A DNA stretch of 64,000 nt from a virus, in the IMG/VR virus record IMGVR_UViG_3300035034_001226, positions 22,721 through 86,720 of that record; one strand, given 5' to 3'. The first letter of the stretch is position 1. Each line of letters begins with the position of its first letter. The position numbers were made by a program, and so were the translations under genes. Of the stretch, positions 1-10,050 are shown in pieces. The notes beneath the pieces were generated by a model that did not search any database, had not been told where the DNA came from, and worked only from the letters and a program-made list of their open reading frames with translations.

Positions 1-472
1 GTTTACACAACCCCGGTATCTGTTTAGGGTTTAAAGGTTCACTATCCGTCTTCTTAATATAAGGTTTCGGAGGATTCCCATGTAAACTTCCATTACTATG
101 ATTCCATGCTGCAAATCTATAATAAAAATCCAGACAACCACAATTGACTTTGACATCACCACTGCCGTAACCAATAGGTACAATTCTGTATGCCTGACCA
201 TCAGATGATTGAAACTGAGTTTCACCACCTTCACCATACTCAACCGATGAAAACATCATTTGAGTATCGTATACTTTTGCTGAAGATCGACTTTTAGCCT
301 TAACTTCAACTAACCCATCATTTGGATATGGGATAAAAGTTTTACTGATAATTTGTACCCTACCAGAATTACCACCCCTATTAGAGTCAAAATTACTTGT
401 TGTGTTAGTTTGTAACTTAGCAACAGAATCTTCTTCTAATAAATTGGAAATTGGTATGATAATATTATTCAT
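1..472 (-). CDS. SWIM-type zinc-finger protein, truncated by window edge
   Basis: Hand translation from ATG 470-472: MNNIIIPISNLLEE...VKVNCGCLDFYYRF...PGLCK(H), open to base 1; CxC...CxH SWIM pattern; TATAAATA at 477-484. Confidence 0.7.
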   Translation of the reverse strand, partial: MNNIIIPISNLLEEDSVAKLQTNTTSNFDSNRGGNSGRVQIISKTFIPYPNDGLVEVKAKSRSSAKVYDTQMMFSSVEYGEGGETQFQSSDGQAYRIVPIGYGSGDVKVNCGCLDFYYRFAAWNHSNGSLHGNPPKPYIKKTDSEPLNPKQIPGLCK

Positions 473-476
473 ACCC

Positions 477-484
477 TATTTATA
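477..484 (-). promoter_or_regulatory. T4-type late promoter TATAAATA
   Basis: Exact TATAAATA just upstream of the SWIM gene. Confidence 0.55.
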
Positions 485-2047
485 CTATCCCACATAAACT
501 GAATAATCTGTGCTAGAATCACCTGATTCCACTTCACCTTCAGCCGTATACCATTCATCACCATCAGCCTGTTCACTAAACTTATACAGCTTCTGATACG
601 CTCTAGGATCGTACTGAGCGATTTCTTCTAGCATCCTAAGCACTATGTATACCGCTGAGATACAATCGTCTGTAGCCCCTGTCTGTGCTTCAAATGTGTC
701 ACCTTTTCGTATATATGACTTCATTTCATTGTACAAAAAGTTAGAATATATAGTCATTTCATTACGTTCAAACATGTTTTTAAACTTTACAGCACAATCC
801 TTTTTAGATGGATTAGTTGTAACATAACCATACTTATTCTTTCCACGCTCTGACATAAAATGTGCATAAGCGGGTGGATCATCATCACGTAAATATAATG
901 CTACCAATGCCCTACCAACACCATTTGATTCAACACTGAAATATACATCATCAGAGTATTGGCTTAAAAATCCTATTATCTTCTTCAAATGTGAATACAA
1001 AAATACTTCATTCACTGAATTTGATCTGAATTCCATTACCTGTTGCATAGTTGGTACCTCAAATACCTGTATGACAGAGTAATCATTACCATTACCAGTT
1101 GATGGGTCAACACCCACCACATACATCATATCCTGTGACAATGGTTTAAAAAATTCTTGTTCATTATTTAATTCGAATGCTGCTGGCATATCACGATATT
1201 TCTTCTGCTCTGCCTGTACAATCCTAGTATCAAATAATGAGTTGTCAGATGATATGAATTCAGTTTCATATTCCTGCAACCATTTACGTTCACCAATTCT
1301 AGATATGGTTTCACGTTTAAATTCTTCATCTCTTCCCGGTGGTTGATCCCAATATATACGTGTTGCCTTGAAACCATTAACATCACTTTCTGCACCTTTC
1401 CATAATGTAGAAAATAAATTAGTATCACCATTAGGTGTTGATGTAATAATACATGAACCACCAGTAGACAATGTAGGATATACTGAATCCCAAAACTCAT
1501 TCTGGATACTTGGTTTTACGAATGCAAGCTCATCACAATATAGCAATGAAATAGCAAGACCTCGACCAGATGAATCTGTTGTTGTTCTAGCTACAATACG
1601 TGATTTATTATCAAATGCAGCAGTGTGTTTGTTCCAATCATCGTCTAATACACCCGGTTTTAACCAAAGTGGTAGTTCCTCATATTCATCTCTTATCTTT
1701 TTTATAATTTCCTTTGCTGCTTCAGAATCCTTAGAAACAACCAATATTGTTTTGTTACTATGAAAAATAGCAAACCACAATAAATATGCACATGATGTTT
1801 CTGTTTTACCTGTCTGTCTAGCAGACAATACGATATTAAAACGATTCTCATTATAATTAGTTACCAATTCTTCTTGATAATCATATAAATCAAACTTAAC
1901 ACTACCCAATTTAGGGTGTGTTACATATACATATTTTCTCATGAAATATATGGGGTCAAGCATACATTTCTTTAATTCTTCAATTTGCTCATAAGTCATT
2001 TCGACTGTAGCATGAGCACTCTTTAAGTTTGGGTTATTACGCCTCAC
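485..2047 (-). CDS. terL: Terminase large subunit (T4 gp17-like)
   Basis: Walker A SARQTGKT, Walker B LLYCDE, ITSTPNG coupling motif, RNase H nuclease VGVDPSTG and DDCISA. Confidence 0.95.
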   Translation of the reverse strand: MRRNNPNLKSAHATVEMTYEQIEELKKCMLDPIYFMRKYVYVTHPKLGSVKFDLYDYQEELVTNYNENRFNIVLSARQTGKTETSCAYLLWFAIFHSNKTILVVSKDSEAAKEIIKKIRDEYEELPLWLKPGVLDDDWNKHTAAFDNKSRIVARTTTDSSGRGLAISLLYCDELAFVKPSIQNEFWDSVYPTLSTGGSCIITSTPNGDTNLFSTLWKGAESDVNGFKATRIYWDQPPGRDEEFKRETISRIGERKWLQEYETEFISSDNSLFDTRIVQAEQKKYRDMPAAFELNNEQEFFKPLSQDMMYVVGVDPSTGNGNDYSVIQVFEVPTMQQVMEFRSNSVNEVFLYSHLKKIIGFLSQYSDDVYFSVESNGVGRALVALYLRDDDPPAYAHFMSERGKNKYGYVTTNPSKKDCAVKFKNMFERNEMTIYSNFLYNEMKSYIRKGDTFEAQTGATDDCISAVYIVLRMLEEIAQYDPRAYQKLYKFSEQADGDEWYTAEGEVESGDSSTDYSVYVG

Positions 2048-2095
2048 AATAAATCTCCTTTAAGAGTATTTATTGTAAATAAAAATTAGTGTCTC

Positions 2096-2659
2096 TTAAA
2101 TCCTTGCATCAGAACCAATACCGTAAACTATATTATCACAATATGGTAATATCATATTAGGTTGATCACCACATGACGATAAAATTGCAGTGCCCATATA
2201 TGGGCCTAATAATATATGCAATAAATCAATAGATTTGGGGTTAACCATATTCAATGAATCCGCAATGAATACATCTATGCTATTATAAACCACAATACGG
2301 TTTATAATATTGGCAGATTTAAATCTAATAATTGATCCATTACTAAATTCGGTTATATTATTCCGATAATTAGTTATGGACACACTATCATACTTCAGGG
2401 TATTATATATGTCACGCATGTGATTCTGTAAACATCTACTCATATCATGTGATGGTTCACACATGACTATAGTTACTTTTGGAGCCATAATTGCTTTCCA
2501 TATAGCGAAGAATGCATTCGTGGTTGATATTCCACATCTACGTGATGTAATAACTTTAGTTGACCCATCACAATATGATTCTAACAATTTACATTGAAAA
2601 TTAGTTAATTCTACCCTATCTCCATTAGGTAAGGCATTACTACCTTCAAAAAATAACAT
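2096..2659 (-). CDS. Degenerate terminase ATPase-domain paralog
   Basis: FQ adenine motif, SRRCGIST (Walker A without Lys), EFSNGSII, DVFIADS (Walker B without Glu); no nuclease domain. Confidence 0.6.
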   Translation of the reverse strand: MLFFEGSNALPNGDRVELTNFQCKLLESYCDGSTKVITSRRCGISTTNAFFAIWKAIMAPKVTIVMCEPSHDMSRCLQNHMRDIYNTLKYDSVSITNYRNNITEFSNGSIIRFKSANIINRIVVYNSIDVFIADSLNMVNPKSIDLLHILLGPYMGTAILSSCGDQPNMILPYCDNIVYGIGSDARI

Positions 2660-2731
2660 GGGTTTTTATATGGGTCTTTATATTGCTGTATATATTCTGC
2701 AATTGATAAGTTTTCACTACCCCCGTATATA

Positions 2732-4450
2732 TTACTTGGAAATCTCATATTCCCTATCATAATAACTTGCTCGCCATTCACCATTAATAACGTTAATCAA
2801 TGTTCTTGATCCGTCAGGATAAACTAAACAGTGTGTGTGTAACCAGCTAGATGGACCCCTCTGATATTCCAAATCTAGCCTAGCACTTAATCCAGTTTGA
2901 TAAGCACCTTCAATAATACCCGGACTATGTGAATGGCCAATAACAACTTTCGGGCCTATCTTTGAGAATGCGGCTAATCCACCACCACCACCATTAATTC
3001 GCTCATCACCATGAAATCCAATCTCAACATCAGCAACCATGAAGCTTTCATCACGTTGTAAAAACTTAGTTTGTTCAACAGATTTAAGACCCGGTTTACC
3101 TTCTGGCATTGGATTTTTACACCAAAACTCAAATGCTGAGAAGGTTTTAAATCCAGTTGCAGTAGGTTTAATATTTTTCATCTGCATATACTTCATATAA
3201 TAGAAAAACAGTGAATTCTCGGGATCATACTTAGGATCATTCTCCAATAACCATCTATCAAAAGCCTCATTATGATTTGCAGCAGTAACTAGGTTTAAAG
3301 TATCAGGTCTAGTATACTTATCAATAAAGTCTGCGGTTATTTGTAATCCCTCTTCAACATTATTGCGACCAAAATGGTGTTTACCATATGCTATAATATC
3401 ATTGCCTCTATGATGGTGATTACGACGATAAAAATCATCAGCATCTTGGTATACCATTACTTCTGGGCGTAAGACTCCAACAATGGAATCATCACCCTTA
3501 AATGTTGCATTTTCAACATCAGTATCTATGAACTCAGCATGTAGATCACCTGATATAAATGCTGCTACTCTACCATACTTAGTACGACCATGTGGTGTGT
3601 AATGATATTCCAAATCATAGAATGAACCATCATCAGCCGCATGAACATGACGTATGTGGAACTTATCATCATCAATTTCAACAATCAATGCACTGCAACT
3701 ATGATGGAATCTTCCCTTATGTCCAGCCTTGGAATCCGTATAGTTTTCTATTGTACATGCACCAGTAGTTACTTGAATTTTAGGCATCTTTTTATTAGGT
3801 GTTGCAATAGTTTTAAGTTGTACTTTGGGATGCCCAAATATACCAGAATCTGATCCTGTGAACGCTTCAAAGCCTGATAATGGCGTTGTTGCAGTTGGGG
3901 TTATTTTGATTTGTGCTAAAACATTAAGACCCTTACATACTTTAGTTTGATCGGTTACTAGATATTCCCCTAGTCCAGTAAACCACCAATCATGTTTTTT
4001 GTCAGTCCAAATTGAATTCGGATTTTTATAACGGTATGGTATAACACCAAGTTCAGCATTTCTGATTTCTTTATATTTTAGTAAGGTTGCCCAAAAGTTT
4101 TCATGAATTGGTGTTGCATTTTGGGCTGCGGTATAAACAAATACCTGTTTCTTGTTAGGGGAACTAATATCAATATTAGATGGGCCTGCTTCTTTAACTA
4201 GATACTTTTCGTATAGTAACTCGAATTTAACTAATTTATCTGGATCAATACCACCATTAAAGGTTGGATCAGTTTCTAATATTTTAAGTCTCATGCCAGT
4301 ATTTTTTTCTATAAGAAGTCTGCGCTTAATAACACTTCTTGGCAAAACATCCATATACTCTGCAAATTCTTCTCTACTAAGTTTAGATTCTATTGCTGCT
4401 CTATACTTTGCAATAAATTCTATATTTTGCTTATCTCGGTTTACTGTCAT
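2732..4450 (-). CDS. Calcineurin-like metallophosphoesterase with N-terminal extension
   Basis: GDLH, DADD, NHNE, FHGD and GHSH metal-binding motifs in order. Confidence 0.75.
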   Translation of the reverse strand: MTVNRDKQNIEFIAKYRAAIESKLSREEFAEYMDVLPRSVIKRRLLIEKNTGMRLKILETDPTFNGGIDPDKLVKFELLYEKYLVKEAGPSNIDISSPNKKQVFVYTAAQNATPIHENFWATLLKYKEIRNAELGVIPYRYKNPNSIWTDKKHDWWFTGLGEYLVTDQTKVCKGLNVLAQIKITPTATTPLSGFEAFTGSDSGIFGHPKVQLKTIATPNKKMPKIQVTTGACTIENYTDSKAGHKGRFHHSCSALIVEIDDDKFHIRHVHAADDGSFYDLEYHYTPHGRTKYGRVAAFISGDLHAEFIDTDVENATFKGDDSIVGVLRPEVMVYQDADDFYRRNHHHRGNDIIAYGKHHFGRNNVEEGLQITADFIDKYTRPDTLNLVTAANHNEAFDRWLLENDPKYDPENSLFFYYMKYMQMKNIKPTATGFKTFSAFEFWCKNPMPEGKPGLKSVEQTKFLQRDESFMVADVEIGFHGDERINGGGGGLAAFSKIGPKVVIGHSHSPGIIEGAYQTGLSARLDLEYQRGPSSWLHTHCLVYPDGSRTLINVINGEWRASYYDREYEISK

Positions 4451-4460
4451 ATGCTTCCCT

Positions 4461-5537
4461 TTAATTAAAATATTTTGTTATTTTGTTCGGCATTAAATAA
4501 ATCTTATACCTGTGTCCAGTTTTATTACTATCATAAGTTTCTTTTTTAAATCTAAGTTTAAAAATTTCATCATTATCACCATCCATTAATTTTATGGCTG
4601 GATTTGTATGTTCTGGACATCTAGCTACTAATTTGCAATTAGATATACTATTAACTAATGATTCAAAATCAAAATCTGTGTATACATCACCCTTAATAAA
4701 TAAACAGGTATTCAGATTAGTAGTTTCAAGTCCATAGCATGTTTTAAGCAATCTACATAACAATTCATATCTAAAATCATTTGTGGCATAGGTGTGGCTT
4801 CCATCGAATATATCATTTATTCTGCGACATACATCTCCATATAAATTTCTAGTCGCAACTTCGATTGTATCCACGGTGGGATTATTATTATTGTTTGCTG
4901 TGCTATAGTATATCGTATTATCAGTACCAATGTCAATGTTAAATATAGTTAATATAACATCACGATGAACATTATACCCATAATCAGTATCTAATTCTTT
5001 CTTCCCAATGCCATATGTTTTAGGAATGTGTTCATAAACAGGTGTAAATGTATACTCTCTTACACCGTAACTATTCTGCAAGTGTAAGAGTACGACGTAA
5101 TTATTCGAATTTTTCTCAACTTCAATGCATATTCTATTAAGGTCACCATTATTCGTAATTAAATCTAAGATATTTTGAATTTTACTTGAATCATTTACAT
5201 AACCTAATGTATTGTTAACAAGCATACTATGCTCTTCACCATATGATATTTTTTCTTGAAAGAAATCTATAACATCGGAATTTTTATTTGGGATTAGTGT
5301 TATTTGGTCTTCGGTACCATCATCTAAAATGGTATCAAAGTTTATTACATTCCCATTATCAACAATATAATCTTCCCATATTGTAAAAAAGTGGTCAGAT
5401 GTGATTGTACGTGTTTGTGTGTTTAATAGAAATGCACAACATATTGTGTTCGCTAGAGATAATGCTGCTGCATGATCTAACAATTCCTTTGATACTTGAT
5501 TGTTACTCTCTGTTATTATCATTTTATTCCGTTTCAA
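4461..5537 (-). CDS. Hypothetical protein
   Basis: 358-aa ORF coupled to its neighbours. Confidence 0.7.
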   Translation of the reverse strand: MKRNKMIITESNNQVSKELLDHAAALSLANTICCAFLLNTQTRTITSDHFFTIWEDYIVDNGNVINFDTILDDGTEDQITLIPNKNSDVIDFFQEKISYGEEHSMLVNNTLGYVNDSSKIQNILDLITNNGDLNRICIEVEKNSNNYVVLLHLQNSYGVREYTFTPVYEHIPKTYGIGKKELDTDYGYNVHRDVILTIFNIDIGTDNTIYYSTANNNNNPTVDTIEVATRNLYGDVCRRINDIFDGSHTYATNDFRYELLCRLLKTCYGLETTNLNTCLFIKGDVYTDFDFESLVNSISNCKLVARCPEHTNPAIKLMDGDNDEIFKLRFKKETYDSNKTGHRYKIYLMPNKITKYFN

Positions 5538-5787
5538 AAAATAGTTTAGTTACATCTTCTTCCATTACAAACCAAACACCATCACAGCAAATAATATAAT
5601 CACCTGCGGTTGCAATCATTTTCTTATTAAATGTTCGTAATATATATTCCCTACCACAGTCACGAGTGCGAACGTGTTGATAAATCCAAGTTCCAGTATT
5701 AACCCAATTATCCATCTCGACGATACCAGTTGTTGAACCATCAAATCTATGTAATTCAAATTCCCTATCGGTATTATACATCTTCAT
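5524..5787 (-). CDS. Hypothetical protein
   Basis: 87-aa ORF overlapping neighbours in operon. Confidence 0.6.
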   Translation of the reverse strand: MKMYNTDREFELHRFDGSTTGIVEMDNWVNTGTWIYQHVRTRDCGREYILRTFNKKMIATAGDYIICCDGVWFVMEEDVTKLFFETE

Positions 5788-6235
5788 CTTTTGCCCTTTT
5801 ATCGTCTAGAATTCCCTTTCTAAGTTGATCCATTAGGGCATCACGGTCACTAACTACCAAAGTATTATGATTAGTAACAGTTGATGGTGTTTTATCTTTT
5901 GACTCAAGTTTATCCTTGTGTTGTTTCATTTTAGCCTTATGTGATGCGGCATTTAATGCAACATTTAGATGCTGAACAGAAACTTCACCAATTCGGGCTT
6001 TATATTTACCCTCAACTTTATCTATTTCTTCCGATAATAAATCATACCCTTCCATCGCACTATCATATATTTCTTGATATTGTTCATCGATTTCAGAATC
6101 TTTCTCATCATAATCCTCAGATTTTATAATTTCACCTTCACGCTGATATACTTCAACTTCAGTGGTTCCAGATTCAATATCAAGAAACTCTTCCATCGGG
6201 TGATCTATAGTCTTTGTTATTTTCTTACCGCTCAT
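5774..6235 (-). CDS. Probable terminase small subunit (gp16-like)
   Basis: Helical acidic protein ending TVTNHNTLVVSDRDALMDQL, like T4-type gp16 C-termini; late promoter at 6257-6264. Confidence 0.55.
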   Translation of the reverse strand: MSGKKITKTIDHPMEEFLDIESGTTEVEVYQREGEIIKSEDYDEKDSEIDEQYQEIYDSAMEGYDLLSEEIDKVEGKYKARIGEVSVQHLNVALNAASHKAKMKQHKDKLESKDKTPSTVTNHNTLVVSDRDALMDQLRKGILDDKRAKDEDV

Positions 6236-6256
6236 GTATATACACCTCTATTAGGC

Positions 6257-6264
6257 TATTTATA
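6257..6264 (-). promoter_or_regulatory. T4-type late promoter TATAAATA
   Basis: Exact motif upstream of 6235. Confidence 0.55.
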
Positions 6265-6269
6265 CATAT

Positions 6270-6494
6270 TTAATTCATTTGATCAGAAGATTCAAGCAAT
6301 AACTCATCAATCCCACCTAATGCTTCATCCATAATATCACTAATCTCACCTGATTTATACTTGATATCATCACATCCACTTTCAGAGTATTGATGTTCTT
6401 GCCACGCTTCAAATGTCAGTATATTATCAAATTTAATATTGATATATGCTATATATTCCTTCAATTTGCTTAATGTATCTTCACTATTATTCAT
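6270..6494 (-). CDS. Hypothetical protein
   Basis: 74-aa ORF in operon. Confidence 0.55.
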   Translation of the reverse strand: MNNSEDTLSKLKEYIAYINIKFDNILTFEAWQEHQYSESGCDDIKYKSGEISDIMDEALGGIDELLLESSDQMN

Positions 6495-6744
6495 CTTCGT
6501 TTACCTCATCAGTTTTATTTACATATGCATTAACACTATCACTAAATCTTTTCAGCATGGATTCCTTCGCACATAACATAATATCAAGATCAGTCTCTAA
6601 CTGGTTGATTTGATGCACTAAATTTTCTACAGATGCTATATTTTTAGCTATTATAGGATCATCTAATAATTCTGCACGATATAATATTCGTTCTTTTCCA
6701 TTGCTATCTTTAACTCTAATTTTATTAACTATATCTTCTTGCAT
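6487..6744 (-). CDS. Hypothetical protein
   Basis: 85-aa ORF in operon. Confidence 0.55.
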   Translation of the reverse strand: MQEDIVNKIRVKDSNGKERILYRAELLDDPIIAKNIASVENLVHQINQLETDLDIMLCAKESMLKRFSDSVNAYVNKTDEVNEDE

Positions 6745-6747
6745 TGT

Positions 6748-8223
6748 TTATTCATTCCCTGTAATGTCACTCATTACACTCATTAATTCATCAACACTTT
6801 TCTCATCAACTTCATTATTCTCAAGCATACTGTTTAACTCTTGAGTGGTTTCAGTGTCATCAAAAAGACTCTCAGTAAACAAATTTTCATCTGTTTCTTT
6901 TTTTGTATCATCAAGTCCAGTTAAACCTTCAACTTCACTTAGGTCAGGATCAAATGATATCTTCCGTTTACTAGGCATAACACTAGTTTGACCACCACCA
7001 TGTGGATCGGATATTCTTAAATTATTGGGGTTAAATGCTAGTTCTGAAGTATGCCCTACTCCCTTACTCGATCTGGTTTTTAAGAATGATGCGTTCATGA
7101 CGCCCTCCATTCTCATTATTTTATCCATGTATAATGATATATAATTATCAACCGTGTTAACTTTAGAAATACCACCAGCAATAACACCCTGATCAGGATT
7201 TGCCATTCTCAATGCATCACGATTTTGTTGAGATGCAGAAACACCCATTGCATCATAGTTATGAAAAATCTCCACAACTTCTTCAGATTTACGTTTATCT
7301 TGATCAAATATACTATAATTCTTAACACCACCCATAGGGTCCATAAGGTCAAGATAATCCAAACATATAATATCAGGAACACGCTCGTATTCCATTTCAT
7401 AGTCGGCTAAATATGAATTTATGTCTGCGGCTGTTGAGTGTTGTGGTAATCGTATAAGTTGGTATGACCCACCACTAATATTATAATATTCATCTGTTAT
7501 TTTCTTTGCAATTTCATGAATATTATATCTCCACTTTGATGCGTCAAACCCTGATATGATAGATGCTAGACGTAAAAACACCATTTCAGGTACAAGTTCT
7601 AATGAAATGTATAGTACATGATAACCCTGTAATGCAATATTACGACCAATATTAGCCAACATCAGTGATTTACCACCACCAGAATTAGCAGAAAATAATG
7701 TAAATTGTTTTCTTACTAATCCACCATCTAATGGTATGTCTATGCCTGCTATCCCCGTTGGAATAGGTCTAAATGTTTCCACAAGAGCGTTTAATCGTTC
7801 TTCTGGTGCATCATATACGTTTAGACCTAAATCCTTTCTAAGAGCCACACGTGTAGCTTCTGTAACACGTTCTAACACTGCACTCATGTTATCATCTTCA
7901 ATATCCTGAAGTGAGTCATTGATTGCGAGTTTAACTGCCGATTCTCGACAAAACTTCTCAACCATATCTGATGTAGAATCCACACGATCACGAGTTATTT
8001 TAGAAGTTACCTCAAAATCAATATCAAATTCTACATTCAATTGATCAATCTGTGGAATTGCATTATACTTAATATAATAGTTATGAATAAATTCCACAAC
8101 GGGTTGATACATTTCAGAAAAATAGTCTGGTTTTAAAATACTAGCAGTATTTGTGTAAATTGCTGGTGACGAAACAATATCTTGGATCATCAAACGTTGT
8201 TTTTTCTTATTAGATGTTGACAT
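6748..8223 (-). CDS. DnaB-like replicative helicase (T4 gp41-like)
   Basis: Walker A SANSGGGKS, ISLEL, CLDYLDLM, SASQQNR, KTRS motifs. Confidence 0.92.
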   Translation of the reverse strand: MSTSNKKKQRLMIQDIVSSPAIYTNTASILKPDYFSEMYQPVVEFIHNYYIKYNAIPQIDQLNVEFDIDFEVTSKITRDRVDSTSDMVEKFCRESAVKLAINDSLQDIEDDNMSAVLERVTEATRVALRKDLGLNVYDAPEERLNALVETFRPIPTGIAGIDIPLDGGLVRKQFTLFSANSGGGKSLMLANIGRNIALQGYHVLYISLELVPEMVFLRLASIISGFDASKWRYNIHEIAKKITDEYYNISGGSYQLIRLPQHSTAADINSYLADYEMEYERVPDIICLDYLDLMDPMGGVKNYSIFDQDKRKSEEVVEIFHNYDAMGVSASQQNRDALRMANPDQGVIAGGISKVNTVDNYISLYMDKIMRMEGVMNASFLKTRSSKGVGHTSELAFNPNNLRISDPHGGGQTSVMPSKRKISFDPDLSEVEGLTGLDDTKKETDENLFTESLFDDTETTQELNSMLENNEVDEKSVDELMSVMSDITGNE

Positions 8224-8360
8224 TCAATTCCTCTTAATTGACACATTATACCACACTTTGGTCACCTGTAAATGATAATGACCATACATGACATACCATG
8301 AATAGTTTGAATTACTCATGGATCAGACATTATATCATAAACTTTTTAGTGAATCAATTA

Positions 8361-10049
8361 TTAGTTATCGTTGTTATAAAAGGCATCCTTATCAGTAGGT
8401 GATGTCACCGTTGACTGATTAGGGTCTAATTTTTCATTTACCCGAGGTTTTGCGTTCTTTATAGCCGCTCGTCTATCTGTCTCCAGATATATCCAACGGG
8501 TCTTTGCAGATGAAAATCTATGAAGCCTTGCTGGTATTCCAGAACGTATAGATGTATATGTCAGTCTGTGATAATCACCATCAGATGGCTTTGCTGGGAA
8601 TTCATCACCTTCAGTATAAGATTCACCATTTGGTGGCATTGCATCAATTCCAAACTGGGCACGTTGACGATCTATCTTTCTTGCAACATCAACACTTCCA
8701 TTTTCACTTGCAAATTCATAGAATGATTCTGGTACATCACCTAGATCAGCATAATCAATACCACGTTCTGGTACATTGGTATTATGTTCAGCTTGTATAC
8801 TTTGGGTTATATCAGACAAGTCTTGATATTTCTTATCGTTATTACCATCATTAATATCAGATACACCGTTTTCATCTATATCTGGTGTTAGTTTACCTGC
8901 AATATCTTGTGTTTCCTGTGATGCCATCATAGGACGGCATATTAATCTCTGCATAGTTGGTATCCAGTTAGGTGTGTAACTGTTAATACTCCATGCAACG
9001 TCGGTAACTTCAACAAATCGCAATACAGCTTTCAAACTTGCACTAAATTGTGTCTCTGCTGGAAGCTGTAAAATATCACCAATAACGAATGGTCTACCCA
9101 ATGAGCCAACTGTTGATGAAAAACTTACTTCTATTATCCATGCATCACTACTTACAAGTCCATTAAATCCCCACTTACTTTGGTTTGCCTGAACATCAAT
9201 AGGTTGATATGAAGCTTTCATTCTAACAGGATTCACATCATAATGTCTATCCCTATTTTCCATAAAGATTTTATCTTGAATATTACTTACCTTAGTAGAT
9301 TCAAAATCAAGCAATTGTAATGCTTGTATTTCCCATGCGTCATCTATACCACCGTTGAATATAACTGGACGCAAACGCCAGTATCTAGAGGGTACACTTC
9401 TCTTGAAGTTTATTTGCACTGTACCATCACAATCAGGAAGATCAACTACCTGAACACCATACCATTTAACACCGTCACTAGAACGCTCTATTCTCGCCCG
9501 TGTGACACGATTTTCAGACCTACAACCTTGACGTATTTTCATTGATGCTACATCCGCCTTAACAAATGTTTCAACACCATATCTACGTCTACCATTATCT
9601 AATAATATTTCACCAAAATCATAACCAATGTATGCCGTATTAATTGCTGAACCGACTTGCAGTGATCGCCATTGTGTTTTTAATAAATCAAATGCATTTG
9701 CTGTTGGGAAATTAGGGTGGTCCCCATTTGATATAGGTGCACCATTACCAGTTAAGTCTTGCAGTTTACCTTGTTCGTGAACACCCAATAACTTGTGCAC
9801 ATTGATTATAGCTCCACCAATTGTTATAACTTCACTCACATAGGAATCAAATAAGCAAGAGTCATCAACAGCATCAGTTAGTTCCCATGCTGGATTAGAC
9901 TGCTCATTCTTACAATGTAATGCTGGATTTAGCGTGTTACATAATTTTGAAACTACGTCATCATCAGGTGGTGGTAAATAATTACCATCACCGTCAACTG
10001 GACAGTTTCCACTATCAAGTAGTGATTCTAGTTGTGATGTTATACTCAT
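8361..10049 (-). CDS. Neck/head-completion protein gp14-like with inserted discoidin (F5/8C)-like domain
   Basis: IQDKIFMENRDRHYD gp14-type motif; internal YIGYDFG...VTRARIERSSDGVKW...SRYWRL...W segment. Confidence 0.65.
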   Translation of the reverse strand: MSITSQLESLLDSGNCPVDGDGNYLPPPDDDVVSKLCNTLNPALHCKNEQSNPAWELTDAVDDSCLFDSYVSEVITIGGAIINVHKLLGVHEQGKLQDLTGNGAPISNGDHPNFPTANAFDLLKTQWRSLQVGSAINTAYIGYDFGEILLDNGRRRYGVETFVKADVASMKIRQGCRSENRVTRARIERSSDGVKWYGVQVVDLPDCDGTVQINFKRSVPSRYWRLRPVIFNGGIDDAWEIQALQLLDFESTKVSNIQDKIFMENRDRHYDVNPVRMKASYQPIDVQANQSKWGFNGLVSSDAWIIEVSFSSTVGSLGRPFVIGDILQLPAETQFSASLKAVLRFVEVTDVAWSINSYTPNWIPTMQRLICRPMMASQETQDIAGKLTPDIDENGVSDINDGNNDKKYQDLSDITQSIQAEHNTNVPERGIDYADLGDVPESFYEFASENGSVDVARKIDRQRAQFGIDAMPPNGESYTEGDEFPAKPSDGDYHRLTYTSIRSGIPARLHRFSSAKTRWIYLETDRRAAIKNAKPRVNEKLDPNQSTVTSPTDKDAFYNNDN

Positions 10050-10050
10050 A

